From the NCBI RefSeq assembly GCF_963921235.1, contig NC_086097.1, positions 4,526,001 to 4,590,000 on the forward strand: a DNA stretch of 64,000 bases, read 5' to 3'. Below, piece by piece: positions 37,399 through 48,852 of this stretch. The translations under genes and the position numbers were made by a program. The notes below the pieces were generated by a model that was given only the letters and a program-made list of their open reading frames with translations, searched no databases and was not told the DNA's origin. This DNA is from Mobula hypostoma. Its lineage: Eukaryota. Each line of letters starts with the position of its first letter. Position 1 is the first letter of the stretch.

Positions 37399-38755
37399 AA
37401 TCAAGGATGTGATAACAGCACATTTGGAAAGCGGTGAAATGATCGGACAAAATCAGCATGGATTTGTGAAAGGAAAATCATGTCTGACGAATCTCATAGA
37501 ATTTTTTGAGGATGTAACTAGTAGAGTGGATAGGGGAGAACCAGTGGATGTGGTATATTTGGATTTTCAAAAGGCTTTTGACAAGGTCCCACACAGGAGA
37601 TTAGTGTGCAAACTTAAAGCACACGGTATTGGGGGTAAGGTATTGGTGTGGGTGGAGAATTGGTTAGCAGACAGGAAGCAAAGAGTGGGAATAAACGGGA
37701 CATTTTCAGAATGGCAGGCGGTGACTAGTGGGGTACCGCAAGGCTCAGTGCTGGGACCCCAGTTGTTTACAATATATATTAATGACTTGGATGAGGGAAT
37801 TAAATGCAGCATCTCCAAGTTTGCGGATGACACGAAGCTGGGTGGCAGTGTTAGCAGTGAGGAGGATGCTAAGAAGATGCAGGGTGACTTGGATAGGTTG
37901 GGTGAGTGGGCAAACTCATGGCAGATGCAATTTAATGTGGATAAATGTGAAGTTATCCACTTTGGTGGCAAAAATAGGAAAACAGATTATTATCTGAATG
38001 GTGGCCGATTAGGAAAAGGGGAGGTGCAACGAGACCTGGGTGTCATTATACACCAGTCATTGAAAGTGGGCATGCAGGTACAGCAGGCGGTGAAAAAGGC
38101 GAATGGTATGCTGGCATTTATAGCGAGAGGATTCGAGTACAGGAGCAGGGAGGTACTACTGCAGTTGTACAAGGTCTTGGTGAGACCACACCTGGAGTAT
38201 TGTGTGCAGTTTTGGTCCCCTAAACTGAGGAAAGACATCTTTGCCATAGAGGGAGTACAAAGAAGGTTCACCAGATTGATTCCTGGGATGGCAGGACTTT
38301 CATATGAAGAAAGACTGGATGAACTGGGCTTGTACTCATTGGAATTTAGAAGATTGAGGGGGGATCTGATTGAAACGTATAAGATCCTAAAGGGATTGGA
38401 CAGGCTAGATGCAGGAAGATTGTTCCCGATGTTGGGGAAGTCCAGAACGAGGGGTCACAGTTTGAGGATAGAGGGGAAGCCTTTTAGGACCGAGATTAGG
38501 AAAAACTTCTTCACACAGAGAGTGGTGAATCTGTGGAATTCTCTGCCACAGCAAACTGTTGAGGCCAGTTCATTGGCTATGTTTAAGAGGGAGTTAGATA
38601 TGGCCCTTGTGGCTACAGGGATCAGGGGGTATGGAGGGAAGGCTGGGGCGGGGTTCTGAGTTGGATGATCAGCCATGATCATAATAAATGGCGGTGCAGG
38701 CTCAAAGGGCCGAATGGCCTACTCCTGCACCTATTTTCTGTGTTTCTATGTTTCT
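37399..38755 (+). mobile_element. Young 5'-truncated CR1 LINE with an uninterrupted 416-aa RT C-terminal ORF
   Basis: QHGFVKGKSCLTNL, YLDFQKAFDKVPH, GVPQGSVLGP, FADDTK and HLEYCVQFWSP, with a (TTTCTATG)n-type tail. Confidence 0.95.
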
Positions 38756-39653
38756 AAATAGATTTAAATTTAGCATTGATGATTGGCAGAGACGTTGCAG
38801 ACATTGTGGGCCAAAGGGCTTGTTCTTGTGCTGTACTGTTCTATGATCTTGTCACAACCGCGGACAGTGCCACTGAGTAAGGGTGCTCTCGCCGGCGGGC
38901 AGCTGAAAGAAGATGGCAATCTCACATGTGAGAATGCATACATTCCAGCTAATTAGGGTTTCTTTATAATTGTATTTCGCTCTCTTCCTTTTGTTTCAGT
39001 CTTGTCAAGTCTTGATTGAAGCTCAGCACAGCAACACTCCCTGTTTACCTTCATCCACATTCCAGGAAAGAATATTAGTGCTTTCGATAGACATTGTTAA
39101 AGGAGCAGCATTAATTTGGTTCTAAGTTACTGTTTTCGAGCCGGAGTGATGGCGTTAGTTTTTAATTACTTTGAGAGTTTTTAGTTAGCTGCCCTGTTGG
39201 CCTAGTGTTTATTATTCTCCCCTGTTCTGCGCAGATCTTATTAAAACTCCATACATGTCTGTGTGTGTCTCTCTCTGTGTCTGGGCCATCACTAAACTCT
39301 TGTGTGTTCCATCTTCTTTGTTCTAAGACCCTATCCAGTCCTAATCATATTGATCATCCCCTCATTCCACAGTGAACTTGCTGAAAATTCTATTCCTGGC
39401 AGTCATTAACTCATCCCTGTTCATTGATTAACTCTGTGTTACTGTACTGAAGTTCATCAGATAACTTTTAACTAAAAGTTAATCTTTTTGCTCGGTCACC
39501 AGCCTTCAAAATTTTTAATACAAATTTCCCTTTTGTTGCAAAGTCCATAAATGCAAAGTCACAAACAAATCCCTCCAAAGGCCTAAAATTTAAAAAGTAT
39601 TTCCCTGATGTGGAAATGATACTTTACTTTTCTCAAAAACCTTCATAGTTTTT

Positions 39654-39745
39654 ATCTATATCTATCCATCTATGTACGTACGTATCTATCGGTCTATCTA
39701 TCCATCTACATATGGACGTATGTATCAATCTGTCTATGTATCTAT
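39654..39745. repeat. Degenerate (TATC)n tetranucleotide repeat
   Basis: Read directly from the sequence. Confidence 0.75.
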
Positions 39746-40101
39746 TAATTAATTAATTAGTTAATTAATAGGCACTTTCAGCTCTTCGAGCCACATCACA
39801 CAGTTACCCACTGTTTTTACAATAGTCTAATCACAGAACAATTTTCAATGGCCATTTAACCTACTAATCTGTATGTCTTTGGACTGTGGGAGGAAATGGG
39901 AGTACCTTAAGGAAACCCACACACACGGGGAGAAGTGTATAGACTTGCTCACAAAGGACGCTGGAATAGAACTCCGACGCCTGAGTTGTGATAGCATCAC
40001 GCTAATCGCTATGCATGACTGGTAACGTTACAGAGAGTGGATGTGGAGAGTATGTCTTCTCAATTTTGTGCAGTGTGAATTATTTACAGAAAGTTTCCTA
40101 C

Positions 40102-40771
40102 CTTTGAACATGACATAATTGAGAAGAATCATCAGTGTGCCCTGGTCAAGGGTTTTGATTAACTCTAGAATTTTGCCATTCGTTTGTTTTTTCACGTAGG
40201 CATTGATCTTCTTTTTCGCTTTGTCAATCGCTCTGAAATCAACACTCATGAGCGCTGCATTGTAAAATTGAGCTGTGTCATCGTGGAATTTCTTTTGGAG
40301 CGTTAGACCCTTCTGGATGTGAAGAGAGTTTCCCATCAGCAGCTGCAGCTGGTTATTTTCGCCGGTCAGCTCTTGCAGGAGATACTGGAAGGTCTCGTGT
40401 ACTTCAGCAGCATCGTTCTGCGTCATATTACTGTACCCGAGGACCTGTAGAAGCTGATCTCGGGTGTTCTGCCTTGCACCAAGTGACAGCATGCTCAGGG
40501 CAGCAGAGATGCTGATTGGTGAGAAGAAAATGTTCTTGGAGCCCGACTTCGGCTGTGCGGCAATCTGTCTGTAGAGACGCAAGGCGAAGTTGATGTTCGC
40601 AGCCGAAAGTCTGAGCACAGACGACTGCCTGATCGGATTGTTCCTACTTTTTGAAGCGGTGGGAACTTTCGTGTTTACAGCCTTTAGTGTTGAAACTTTT
40701 CCACTGGCGCTGGTGATTCCGCAGAACAAGGAGGCAACTAGTAACAAATAGACAGGAAACAATTTCCCCAT
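40102..40771 (-). CDS. Clade A serpin (alpha-1-antitrypsin-like), first coding exon (exon 2): signal peptide through strand s3A
   Basis: Translation MGKLFPVYLLLVASLFCGITSA (signal-peptide-like)...NFALRLYRQI...KNIFFSPISISAALSMLSLGA...INAYVKKQTNGKI...LLNYVMFKG shows hallmark serpin motifs. Acceptor tttgttttacag|G with the exon starting at 40778, ATG at 40771. Donor AAAG|gtagga after 40102. 670 coding nt, phase 1. Confidence 0.96.
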
Positions 40772-41441
40772 CTTTAACCTGTAAAACAAAGATCAATTAC
40801 ATATTGCAAAGCTCAAGTCTGTTCAAAATTTCCATCATGACTGATTTATTATCCTTCTTATCCCTTTTCTCCGCCCTCCTCCCCATAACCTTTGACGCCC
40901 TGACTAATGAGGAATCTATCAACTTCTGCTTTAAGTATACCCAATGACTAGGCCTCCACAGCCATGTGTGCTAATGAATTCCACAGATTCACCACCCTCT
41001 GGTTAAAGAAATTCCTTCTCATCCCTGTTCTCAAGCAATATCCCTCTATTCTCAAGCTCTACCCTCTGGTCCGAGAACCCTTCAGCCCCCATCCCCAGCC
41101 CCACCCTCCTCCGTGGTAAACAGTCTCTCCACACCCACTCTGATTAAGCCTTTCAATACTTGATAGGTTTCAATGAGACCCCTCTCTCATTCTTCTAAAT
41201 TCCAGCAAGTACAGATCCAGAGCCATCAAACACTCTTCACGTGTTAACCCTTTAATTCCTGGAATCATTCTCGTGAAGCTCGACAAACTCCGTTCTAATG
41301 CTAGGTAAGGGCCCCAAGACTGCGCACGACAACTTTGTCAATGATATTTTGCTCCATCCAGTAAAAAAGCAGTTCTAACAAGATCTGATATATTGCCAAC
41401 TTAATCTCTAAAACAAGCCCATTTAGGAAGGAACTTCTTAC

Positions 41442-41515
41442 TTGGTCCAATTGCAGTTTTGAGGTTCTTCTATCTAAAGTAAATTTGGGCTGTTCCTAAT
41501 TTTCTTTTCCCTTCT
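41442..41515 (-). other. Putative non-coding exon 1 of the serpin (5' end estimated from the TATA position)
   Basis: Exon 2 has a strong acceptor 7 nt before the ATG, so an upstream exon is expected. Donor GGACCAA|gtaaga at 41442/41441, about 100 nt downstream of TATAAAT. No ATG in the predicted exon. Confidence 0.6.
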
Positions 41516-41539
41516 ATATGGTTTTGGTGCATAACACCA

Positions 41540-41583
41540 ATTTATACAGTGGCAAATGCAAACAGACCAGTTATGTATTAATC
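41540..41583 (-). promoter_or_regulatory. Putative liver-type core promoter: TATA box, FoxA (HNF3) site, HNF1-like site
   Basis: Minus-strand TATAAAT (41546-41540) and TGTTTGC (41564-41558). gttatgtattaat (41570-41582) matches 9 of 12 defined positions of GTTAATNATTAAC. Sits in apparently non-repetitive sequence. Confidence 0.55.
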
Positions 41584-41739
41584 AGAAAGCGACCTTCAGT
41601 CTGATAGTAAACATTGCTTACAATGTTATTTGCATTGCAAACGCGTTTCCAGTGACCCGAATAAACTTCGACATATGACAAGTGGAATTTGGGATAATCA
41701 TGTTGACTATTTTTTCCATCAACAGTGAACATCGAGTCA

Positions 41740-42230
41740 TAGAGTCATGGAACACTAGAACACAGAAACAGGCCCTTCAGCCCATCTAGTCCATGCCAAT
41801 CAATTTAAACTGCACCCTCCCATTCATATGCCTACCCAAATTTCTCCTACATGTTGAAATTGAACTTGCATCCATCACTTCTCCTGGCAGCTCGTTCCAC
41901 ACTCTCACCCTGTCTGAATGAAGTTCCCCTTAATTATTTCACCTTTCACCCTTAATCCATGACCTCTAGTTCCAGACCCATCCATCCTCAGTGGAAAAAA
42001 TCTGCTTGCATTTTCCCTGTTTATACCCCTCATGATTTTGTATACCTCTATCAAATTTCCCCTGATTCTCCTACACTCCAAGGAATAAAGACTTAATCTA
42101 TTCAACCTTTCCCTATAACTTAGGTCCTTAAGTCCTGGCAACATCCTTGTCAATCTTCTCTGCACTATTTCAATCTCATTGAAAACCTTTCAGTCGGTAG
42201 GTGACCAGAACCGCACATAATACTAAACCT
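41740..42230 (-). mobile_element. CR1 3' fragment
   Basis: QRRLTRMLPGLKDLSYRERLNRLSLYSLE. Confidence 0.8.
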
Positions 42231-42926
42231 GTGCCCACTAGCTCCGGACTCCCCTGTCCTGGGAAAGGACTATGACCATCCACCTTATCCCTGCTTCACA
42301 TAACTCTAAACATTTCTAGAACATTGCAGCTCGTTCTACATCCAAGGAATAAGGACCCAGCCTGACCATGTTCTCCCTATAATTCTGGCCCTCCAGCCTT
42401 TGTAACATCCTGGCCCAAAGCTCAAAGTAAATTTATTATCAAAGTACCTATATGTCAACATATACAAACCTGAGATTCATTTTCCTGTGGGCATTGACAG
42501 GAAAATAAAGAAATACTGTGCGATTAAGAATCTCTGGAGGGAAGGCCCCAAAATCCCTGGCTTTGCCTGTTGCTGGCGACCGAGGCTGAGGTCGAAGCAT
42601 TTGGCAGAGACGGTGCTCGGTACTCAGTGTCGGAGGGCTGATTGGAGCTCGAAATTTTTGGACGACTCAGAGTCGGACTGTGTCGGGTATGGCAGGGAGA
42701 GTTTTCTTCCTTCTCCCATCTGCGTAAGATGTGGGACTTTCGAGAGACTTTGAACTTTTTTACTATGACCATGGCCTGTTCTTCATCAAGTTATGGTATT
42801 GCTTACACAGTTATAACTATATGTTATAATTATGTGGTTTTTGTTAGATTTTCAGTCTTGGTTTGTCCTGTGTTTCTGTGATATCACACGGGAGGAATAT
42901 TGTATGATTTTTTAATGCATGCATTA

Positions 42927-43500
42927 CTGGAGTATTGTGTGCAGTTTTGGTCCCCTAATCTGAGGAAAGACATCCTTGCCATGGAAGGAGTACAAAGAAG
43001 GTTCACCAGATTGATTCCTGGGATGGCAGGACTTTCATATGAAGAAAGACTGGATGAACTGGGCTTGTACTTGTTGGAATTTAGAAGATTGAGGAGGGAT
43101 CTGATTGAAACGTATAAGATCCTAAAGGGATTGGACAGGCTAGATGCAGGAAGATTGTTCCCGATGTTGGGGAAGTCCAGAACGAGGGGCCACAGTTTGA
43201 GGATAGAGGGGAAGCCTTTTAGGACCGAGATTAAGAAAAACTTCTTCACACAGAGAGTGGCGAATCTGTGGAATTCTCTGCCACAGGAGACAGTTGAGGC
43301 CAGTTCATTGGCTATATTTAAGAGGGAGTTTGATATGGCCCTTGTGGCTAAAGGGATCGGGGGTATGGGGGGGGGAAGGCTGGTATAGGGTTCTGAGTTG
43401 GATGATCAGCCATGATCATAATAAATGGCGGTGCAGGCTCGAAGGGCCGAATGGCCTACTCCTGCACCTATTTTCTATGTTTCTATGTTTCTATGTTTCT
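42927..43500 (+). mobile_element. Young CR1 3' fragment, near-identical to 38192-38755
   Basis: LEYCVQFWSPNLRKDILAMEGVQRRFTRLIPGMAGLSYEERL..., with a (TTTCTATG)3 tail. Confidence 0.93.
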
Positions 43501-43582
43501 AAATGACAATAAAAGAGGACTGCGTGTCCTCATAATCTAATCTAATTTATGAAAAATTATACATAACAAAGACTTGAGAAAC

Positions 43583-44022
43583 TCAGTTACAGAGAAAGGT
43601 TGAATAGTTTAGGACTTTATTCCCTGGAGCGTAGAAGAATGAGGGGAGATTTGATAGAGGTATATAAAATTATGATGGGTATAAATAGAGTGAATGCAAG
43701 CAGACTTTTTCCACTGAGGCAAGGGGAGAAAAAAAACCAGAGGACATGGGTTTAGGGTGAGGGGGGAGAAAGTTTAAAGGGAACATTAGGGGGGGCTTCT
43801 TCACACAGAGAGTGGTGGGAGTATGGAATGAGCTGCCAGACGAGGTGGTAAATGCGGGTTCTTTTTTAATATTTAAGAATAAATTGGACAGATACATGGA
43901 TGGGAGGTGTATGGAGGGATATGGTCCGTGTGCAGGTCAGTGGGACTAGGCAGAAAATGGTTCCGCACGGCCAAGAAGGGCCAAAAGGCCTGTTTCTGTG
44001 CTGTAGTTTCTATGGTTTCTAT
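43583..44022 (+). mobile_element. CR1 3' fragment
   Basis: ttaggactttattccctggagcgtagaagaatgagggg...ttcttcacacagagagtggtg, tail tttctatggtttctatgg. Confidence 0.8.
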
Positions 44023-45001
44023 GGACTGACAATCAATCAATGTGCAAAAGAAGACAGATCGTGCAAATAATAAAAGAAGTAAATAAATCATACTGAGTTG
44101 TAGAGTTCTTGAAAATGAGTCAGTCCATAGGTTGTGGAATCAATTCAATAGTTCCATTTAATATCAGAAGAATGTGTACAATATACATCTTGAAATGTGT
44201 TCTTCACAGACATCCATGAAAACTGAAGAGTGCCCCAAAGAATGAGTGACATTAAAATGTTAGAACGCCGAAGTGCTCCCATGAACAAACAGCAGAAAAG
44301 CAACGACCCTCCCTATCACCAACTTACTTCAGCAAAAAACATCAGCACCTCCACCCACCAAGCAAGCTATAACAAAGCCCCCAAAAAAGACCATGATCTG
44401 CAGTACAACAAAAACTAATCATTCACCAACTATTCTACATGCTCTACCAACAAGAGAAAGAGCAAGAAAGTACAGTTGTCGTGGTGGGAGATTTTAATTT
44501 CCCAAATATCGACTGGCATCTCCCTAGAGCAAGGGGTTTAGATGGGGTGGAGTTTGTTTGGTGTGTTCAGGAAGGTTTCTTGACACAATATGTAGATAAG
44601 CCTACAAGAGGAGAGATTGTACTTGATCTGGTATTGGGAAATGAACCTGGTCAGGTGTCAGATCACTCAGTGGGAGAGCATCTTGGACACAGTGATCATA
44701 ATCTACCTCCTTTACAATAGCATTGGAGGGAGATAGGAACAGACAAGTTAGAAAAGCGTTTAATTGGAGTAAGGGGAATTATGAGGCTATCAGGCAGGAA
44801 CTTGGAAGCTTAAATTGGGAACAGATGTCCTCAGGAAAAGGTACAGAAAAAATGTGGCAAATGTTCAGAGGATATTTGTGTGGAGTTCTGCATAGGTATG
44901 TTCCAATGAGACAGGGAAGTTATGGTAGGGTACAGGAACCGTGATGTACAAAGGCTGTAGCAAATCTAGTCAAAAAGAAAAGCTTACGAAAAGTTCAGAG
45001 A

Positions 45002-45811
45002 CGCAAACATGAGGAAATCTGCAGATGCTGGAATTGCAAGCAACACACATAAAAGTTGCTGGTGACCCGATGCACACTGGGAGACCGTTTCGCTGAACAT
45101 CTACGCTCTGTCCGCCAGAGAAAGCAGGATCTCCCAGTGGCCACACATTTTAATTCCACGTCCTATTCTCATTCTGACATGTCTATCCACGGCCTCCTCT
45201 ACTGTCAAGATGAAGCCACGCTCAGGTTGGAGGAACAACACCTTATATTCTGTCTGGGTAGCCTCAACCTGATGGCATGAACATTGACTTCTCTAACTTC
45301 CGTTAATGCACACCTCCCCCTCGTACCCCATCTGTTATTTCCCACCTTGGTGTTTGGGTACAACACTTCCGATAATTGCAGCCCCTAAATCTTTTTCATT
45401 GTAATATTCAAGATGATTGTCAATACCTTCAAATTCTTCGTAGTTCCTAATTTGTTGAAGTAGAGAAATAATTTCTTTCTCTCTCTCTCCTTTTTCTCCC
45501 TCTGTCCCTCTCACTATACTACTACTTGCCCATCCTCTGGGGTTCCCCCTCCCCCTTTCTTTTTCCCTAGGCCTCCCGTCCCATGATCCTCTCATATCCC
45601 TTTTGCCAATCAACTGTCCAGCTCTTGGCTCCATCCCTCCCCCTCCTGTCTTCTCCTATCATTTTTGATCTCCCCCTCCCCCTCCCACTTTCAAATCTCT
45701 TACTAGCTCTTCTTTCAGTTAGTCCTGACGAAGGGTCTCGGCCCGAAACGTCGACTGTACCTCTTCCTAGAGATGCTGCCTGGCCTGCTGCGTTCACCAG
45801 CAACTTTTATG
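45002..45811 (+). mobile_element. Penelope-like element (GIY-YIG C-terminal part + pLTR) with an inverted 5' tail
   Basis: LGDRFAEHLRSV..DLPVATHFNS..RLEEQHLIFCLGSL. cataaaagttgctggtga (about 45048-45065) is inverted against 45794-45811. Flanked by gaaaagttcagaga (44988-45001) and gaaaggttcagaga (45815-45828). Confidence 0.88.
45720..45757 (+). ncRNA. Minimal type I hammerhead ribozyme motif
   Basis: tAGTC-CTGACGA-A-GGGtctcggCCC-GAAA-C-GTC^GACTg: full core and a 4-5 bp helix I. Predicted cleavage after 45752. Confidence 0.75.
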
Positions 45812-47479
45812 GTAGAAAGGTTCAGAGAGCTAGGTAATGTTAGATATCTAGAAGATTATAAGGCTAACAGGAAGGAATGTAAGAAAGAAATTAGGAGAGC
45901 CAGAAGGGGCCATGAGAAGGCCTTGGCGGGCAGGATTAAGGAAAACCCCAAGGCATTCTACAAGTATGTGAAGAGCAAGAGGATAAGATGTGAAAGAATA
46001 GGACCTATCAAGTGTGACAGTGGGAAAGTGTGTATGGAACCAGAGGAAATAGCAGAGGTACTTAATGAATACTTTGCTTCAGTATTCACTATGGAAAAGG
46101 ATCTTGGTGATTGTAGTGATGACTTGAGCGGACTGAAAAGCTTGAGCATGTAGATATTAAGAAAGAGGATGTGCTGGAGCTTTTGGAAAGCATCCAGTTG
46201 GATAAGTTGCTGGGACTGGATGAGATGTACCCCAGGCTACTGTGGGAGGCGGGGGAGCAGATTGCTGAGCCTCTGGCAATGACCTTTGCATCATCAATGG
46301 GGACAGGAGAGGTTCCGGAGGATGAAAGGGTTGCGGATGTTGTTCCCTTATTCAAGAAAGGAAGTAGAGATAGCCCAGGAAATTATAGACCAGTGAGTCT
46401 TACCTCAGTGGTTGGTAAGTTGATGGAGATGATCCTGACAGGCAGGATTTACGAACATTTGGAGAGGTATAATATGATTAGAAATAGTCAGCATGGCTTT
46501 GTCAAGGACAGGTCATGCCTTACAAGCCTGATTGAATTTTTTGGGGATGTGACTAAACACATCGACGAAGGAAGAGCAATAGATGTAGTGTATATGGATT
46601 TCAGCAAGGCATTTGATAAGGTACCCCATGCAAGACTTATTGGGAAAGTGAGGAGGTATGGGATCCAAGGAGACATTGCTTTATGGATCCAGAACTGGCT
46701 TGCCTACAGAAGGCAAAGAGTGGTTGTAGATGGGTCATATTCTGCATGGAGGTCGGTGACCAGTGGTGTGCCTCAGGGATCTGTCCTGGGACCCCTACTC
46801 TTCATGACTTTTATAAATGACCTGGATGAGGAAGTGGAGGGATGGTTTAGTAAGTTTGCTGATGACACAAAGGTTGGGGGTGTTGTGGATAGTGTGGAGG
46901 GTTGTCAGAGGTTACAGCGGGATGTTGATAGGATGCAAAACTGGGCTGAGAAGTGGCAGATGGAGTTCAGCTCAGATAAGTGTGAAGAGGTTCATTTTGG
47001 TAGATCAAATATGATGCAAAATATAGTATTAATGGTAACCCTAGTAATTTCTAAGGTAGGGACATGTTCAGCACAACTTTGTGGGCCGAAGGGCCTGTAT
47101 TGTGCTGTAGGTTTTCTATGTTTCTAATCTGAGTACAGAGCCCCTGACAGCCGACCCACTGTTCCTGATATTCCATTTCTCCTGCAATGCTTCAGTCAGA
47201 GGCACTGGCATAGAGCTGGCCTGCCTACAGGTCTGCAAAGACTTGGAAACTCAAAGGTGCGTTCATATTGAAGGCCGCGTCTTTGGGATTTCAAAAAGTG
47301 CCCGGTCGTGAACCCCCGGGAGCGGGTCCCTCCAGCACAAAGAACTGGCGTAATTCCAGGTCAGGATCTTCAACAGAACCCCATCCACCCTGAAAAAGAA
47401 AAAGAGAGACATCAAAGGTAGAAATTAAACGATTCAGTGTTGAGGCGAGCGAAGTTATCCACACTGGCTCAAGAGGCTA

Positions 47480-48760
47480 AAGGTTATAGAGTATCCCTAA
47501 TGAGAGGAGAGGTACCAGAGGAAAGGAGGATAGACAATGTTGTTCCGTTGTTTAAAAATGGCTTTAAGCAGAAACCAGGAAATTATAGGTCAGTGAACCT
47601 GACATCAGGTGTCGGAAGGTTATTGGAAGGTATTCTAAGGGACCGAATATATAAGTATTTGGATAATCAGCATGCTTCATGCATGGTAGGTCCTGTCTAA
47701 CCAATCTTATAGAGTTTTTTGAGGATGCTATCAGGAAAATGGATGAAGACAAGGCAGTAGACAATGTCTACATGGACTTTAGCAAGGCATTTCACAATGT
47801 CCCGCATGGGAGGTTGGTCAAGGAGGTTCTGCTGCTCAACATTAAGGATAAAGTGGTAAATTGGATTAGACATTGGCTTTGTGGGAGAAGCCAGAGAGTG
47901 GTGGTACAGAGTTGGCTCTCTGACTGGAGGCCTGTGTCTACTGGCATGCCACAGGGATCGGTACTGGGTCCATTGTTGTTTGTCATCTATATCAATGATC
48001 TGGATGATAATGTGATTAACTGGATCAGCAAATGTGCAGGTCACACCAAGAATGGGGGTGTAGTGGACAGAGAGGAAGGCTATCATGGCTTTCAGTGGGA
48101 TCTATATCAGCTGAAAAACTGGGCTGGAAAATGGCAGATGGAACTTAATGCAAACAAGTGCAATGTTTTGCACTTCAGTAGGGTAGGTCTTACACGGTGA
48201 ACGGTAAGACACTGAGCAGTGTGGTAGAACAAAGGGATCTGGGTATACAAGTGCATAATTCATTGAAAGTGGTGCCACAGGTAGATGGGATCATAAAGAA
48301 AGCTTTTCGCCCATTGCCCTTCATAAATCAAGGTATTGAGTACAGGAGACGGGGTGTTATGTTGAAGTTGTAAAATTTGGAGTATTGTGTGCAGTTTTGG
48401 TCACCTACCTACAGGAAAGATGTTAATAAGGTTGAAAGAGTGCAGAGAAAATTTGTCAAGTCTGGATGACCTGAGTTATAAGGAAAGATTGAATAGGTTG
48501 GGACTGTATTCTTTAGAACGTAGAAGATTGCGAGGAGATTTGATAGAGCTATACAAAACTATGAGGGTATAGATAGGGTAAATGCAAGCAGGCTTTTTCC
48601 ATTGAAGTTGAGTGGGAGTACTGCCAGAGGTCATGGTTTAAAGGTGAAAGGTGAAAAGTTTAATGGGGACATGAGAGGAAAGTTCTTAACTCAGAGGCTT
48701 GTGAACTGCCAGCACACGTGGTGCATACAAACTCAATTCAACATTTCAGAGAAAATTGGA
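47480..48760 (+). mobile_element. Degenerate CR1 RT and 3' region
   Basis: PGNYRSVNLTS, YMDFSKAFHNVPH, PQGSVLGPLLFVIYINDLD. Confidence 0.88.
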
Positions 48761-48852
48761 TAGGTTCATGGGTAGTAGGAATATGGATAATAGGAATTTC
48801 CAGCGTCTCCAGAATTCCTCGTGTTTGCTTGAATAGGAATAGGGATATGGAC

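Larger units (their letters stand above)
44460..47127 (+). mobile_element. CR1 LINE (endonuclease + RT, internally deleted), interrupted by a Penelope element
   Basis: VVVGDFNFPNIDW, SDH, PGNYRPVSLTSVVGK, YMDFSKAFDKVPH and FADDTK, ending gtttctatgtttcta. Confidence 0.92.

Noticed and set aside
37409..38659. Domesticated reverse transcriptase gene
   Set aside because: It is 5'-truncated with an intact CR1 tail and a near-identical sibling nearby. Recent insertion explains the open frame.
40028..40789. 253-aa ORF as a complete single-exon serpin
   Set aside because: Serpin homology stops at FKG, exactly at a GT donor. The rest is intron read-through, and the listed start lies upstream of the acceptor.
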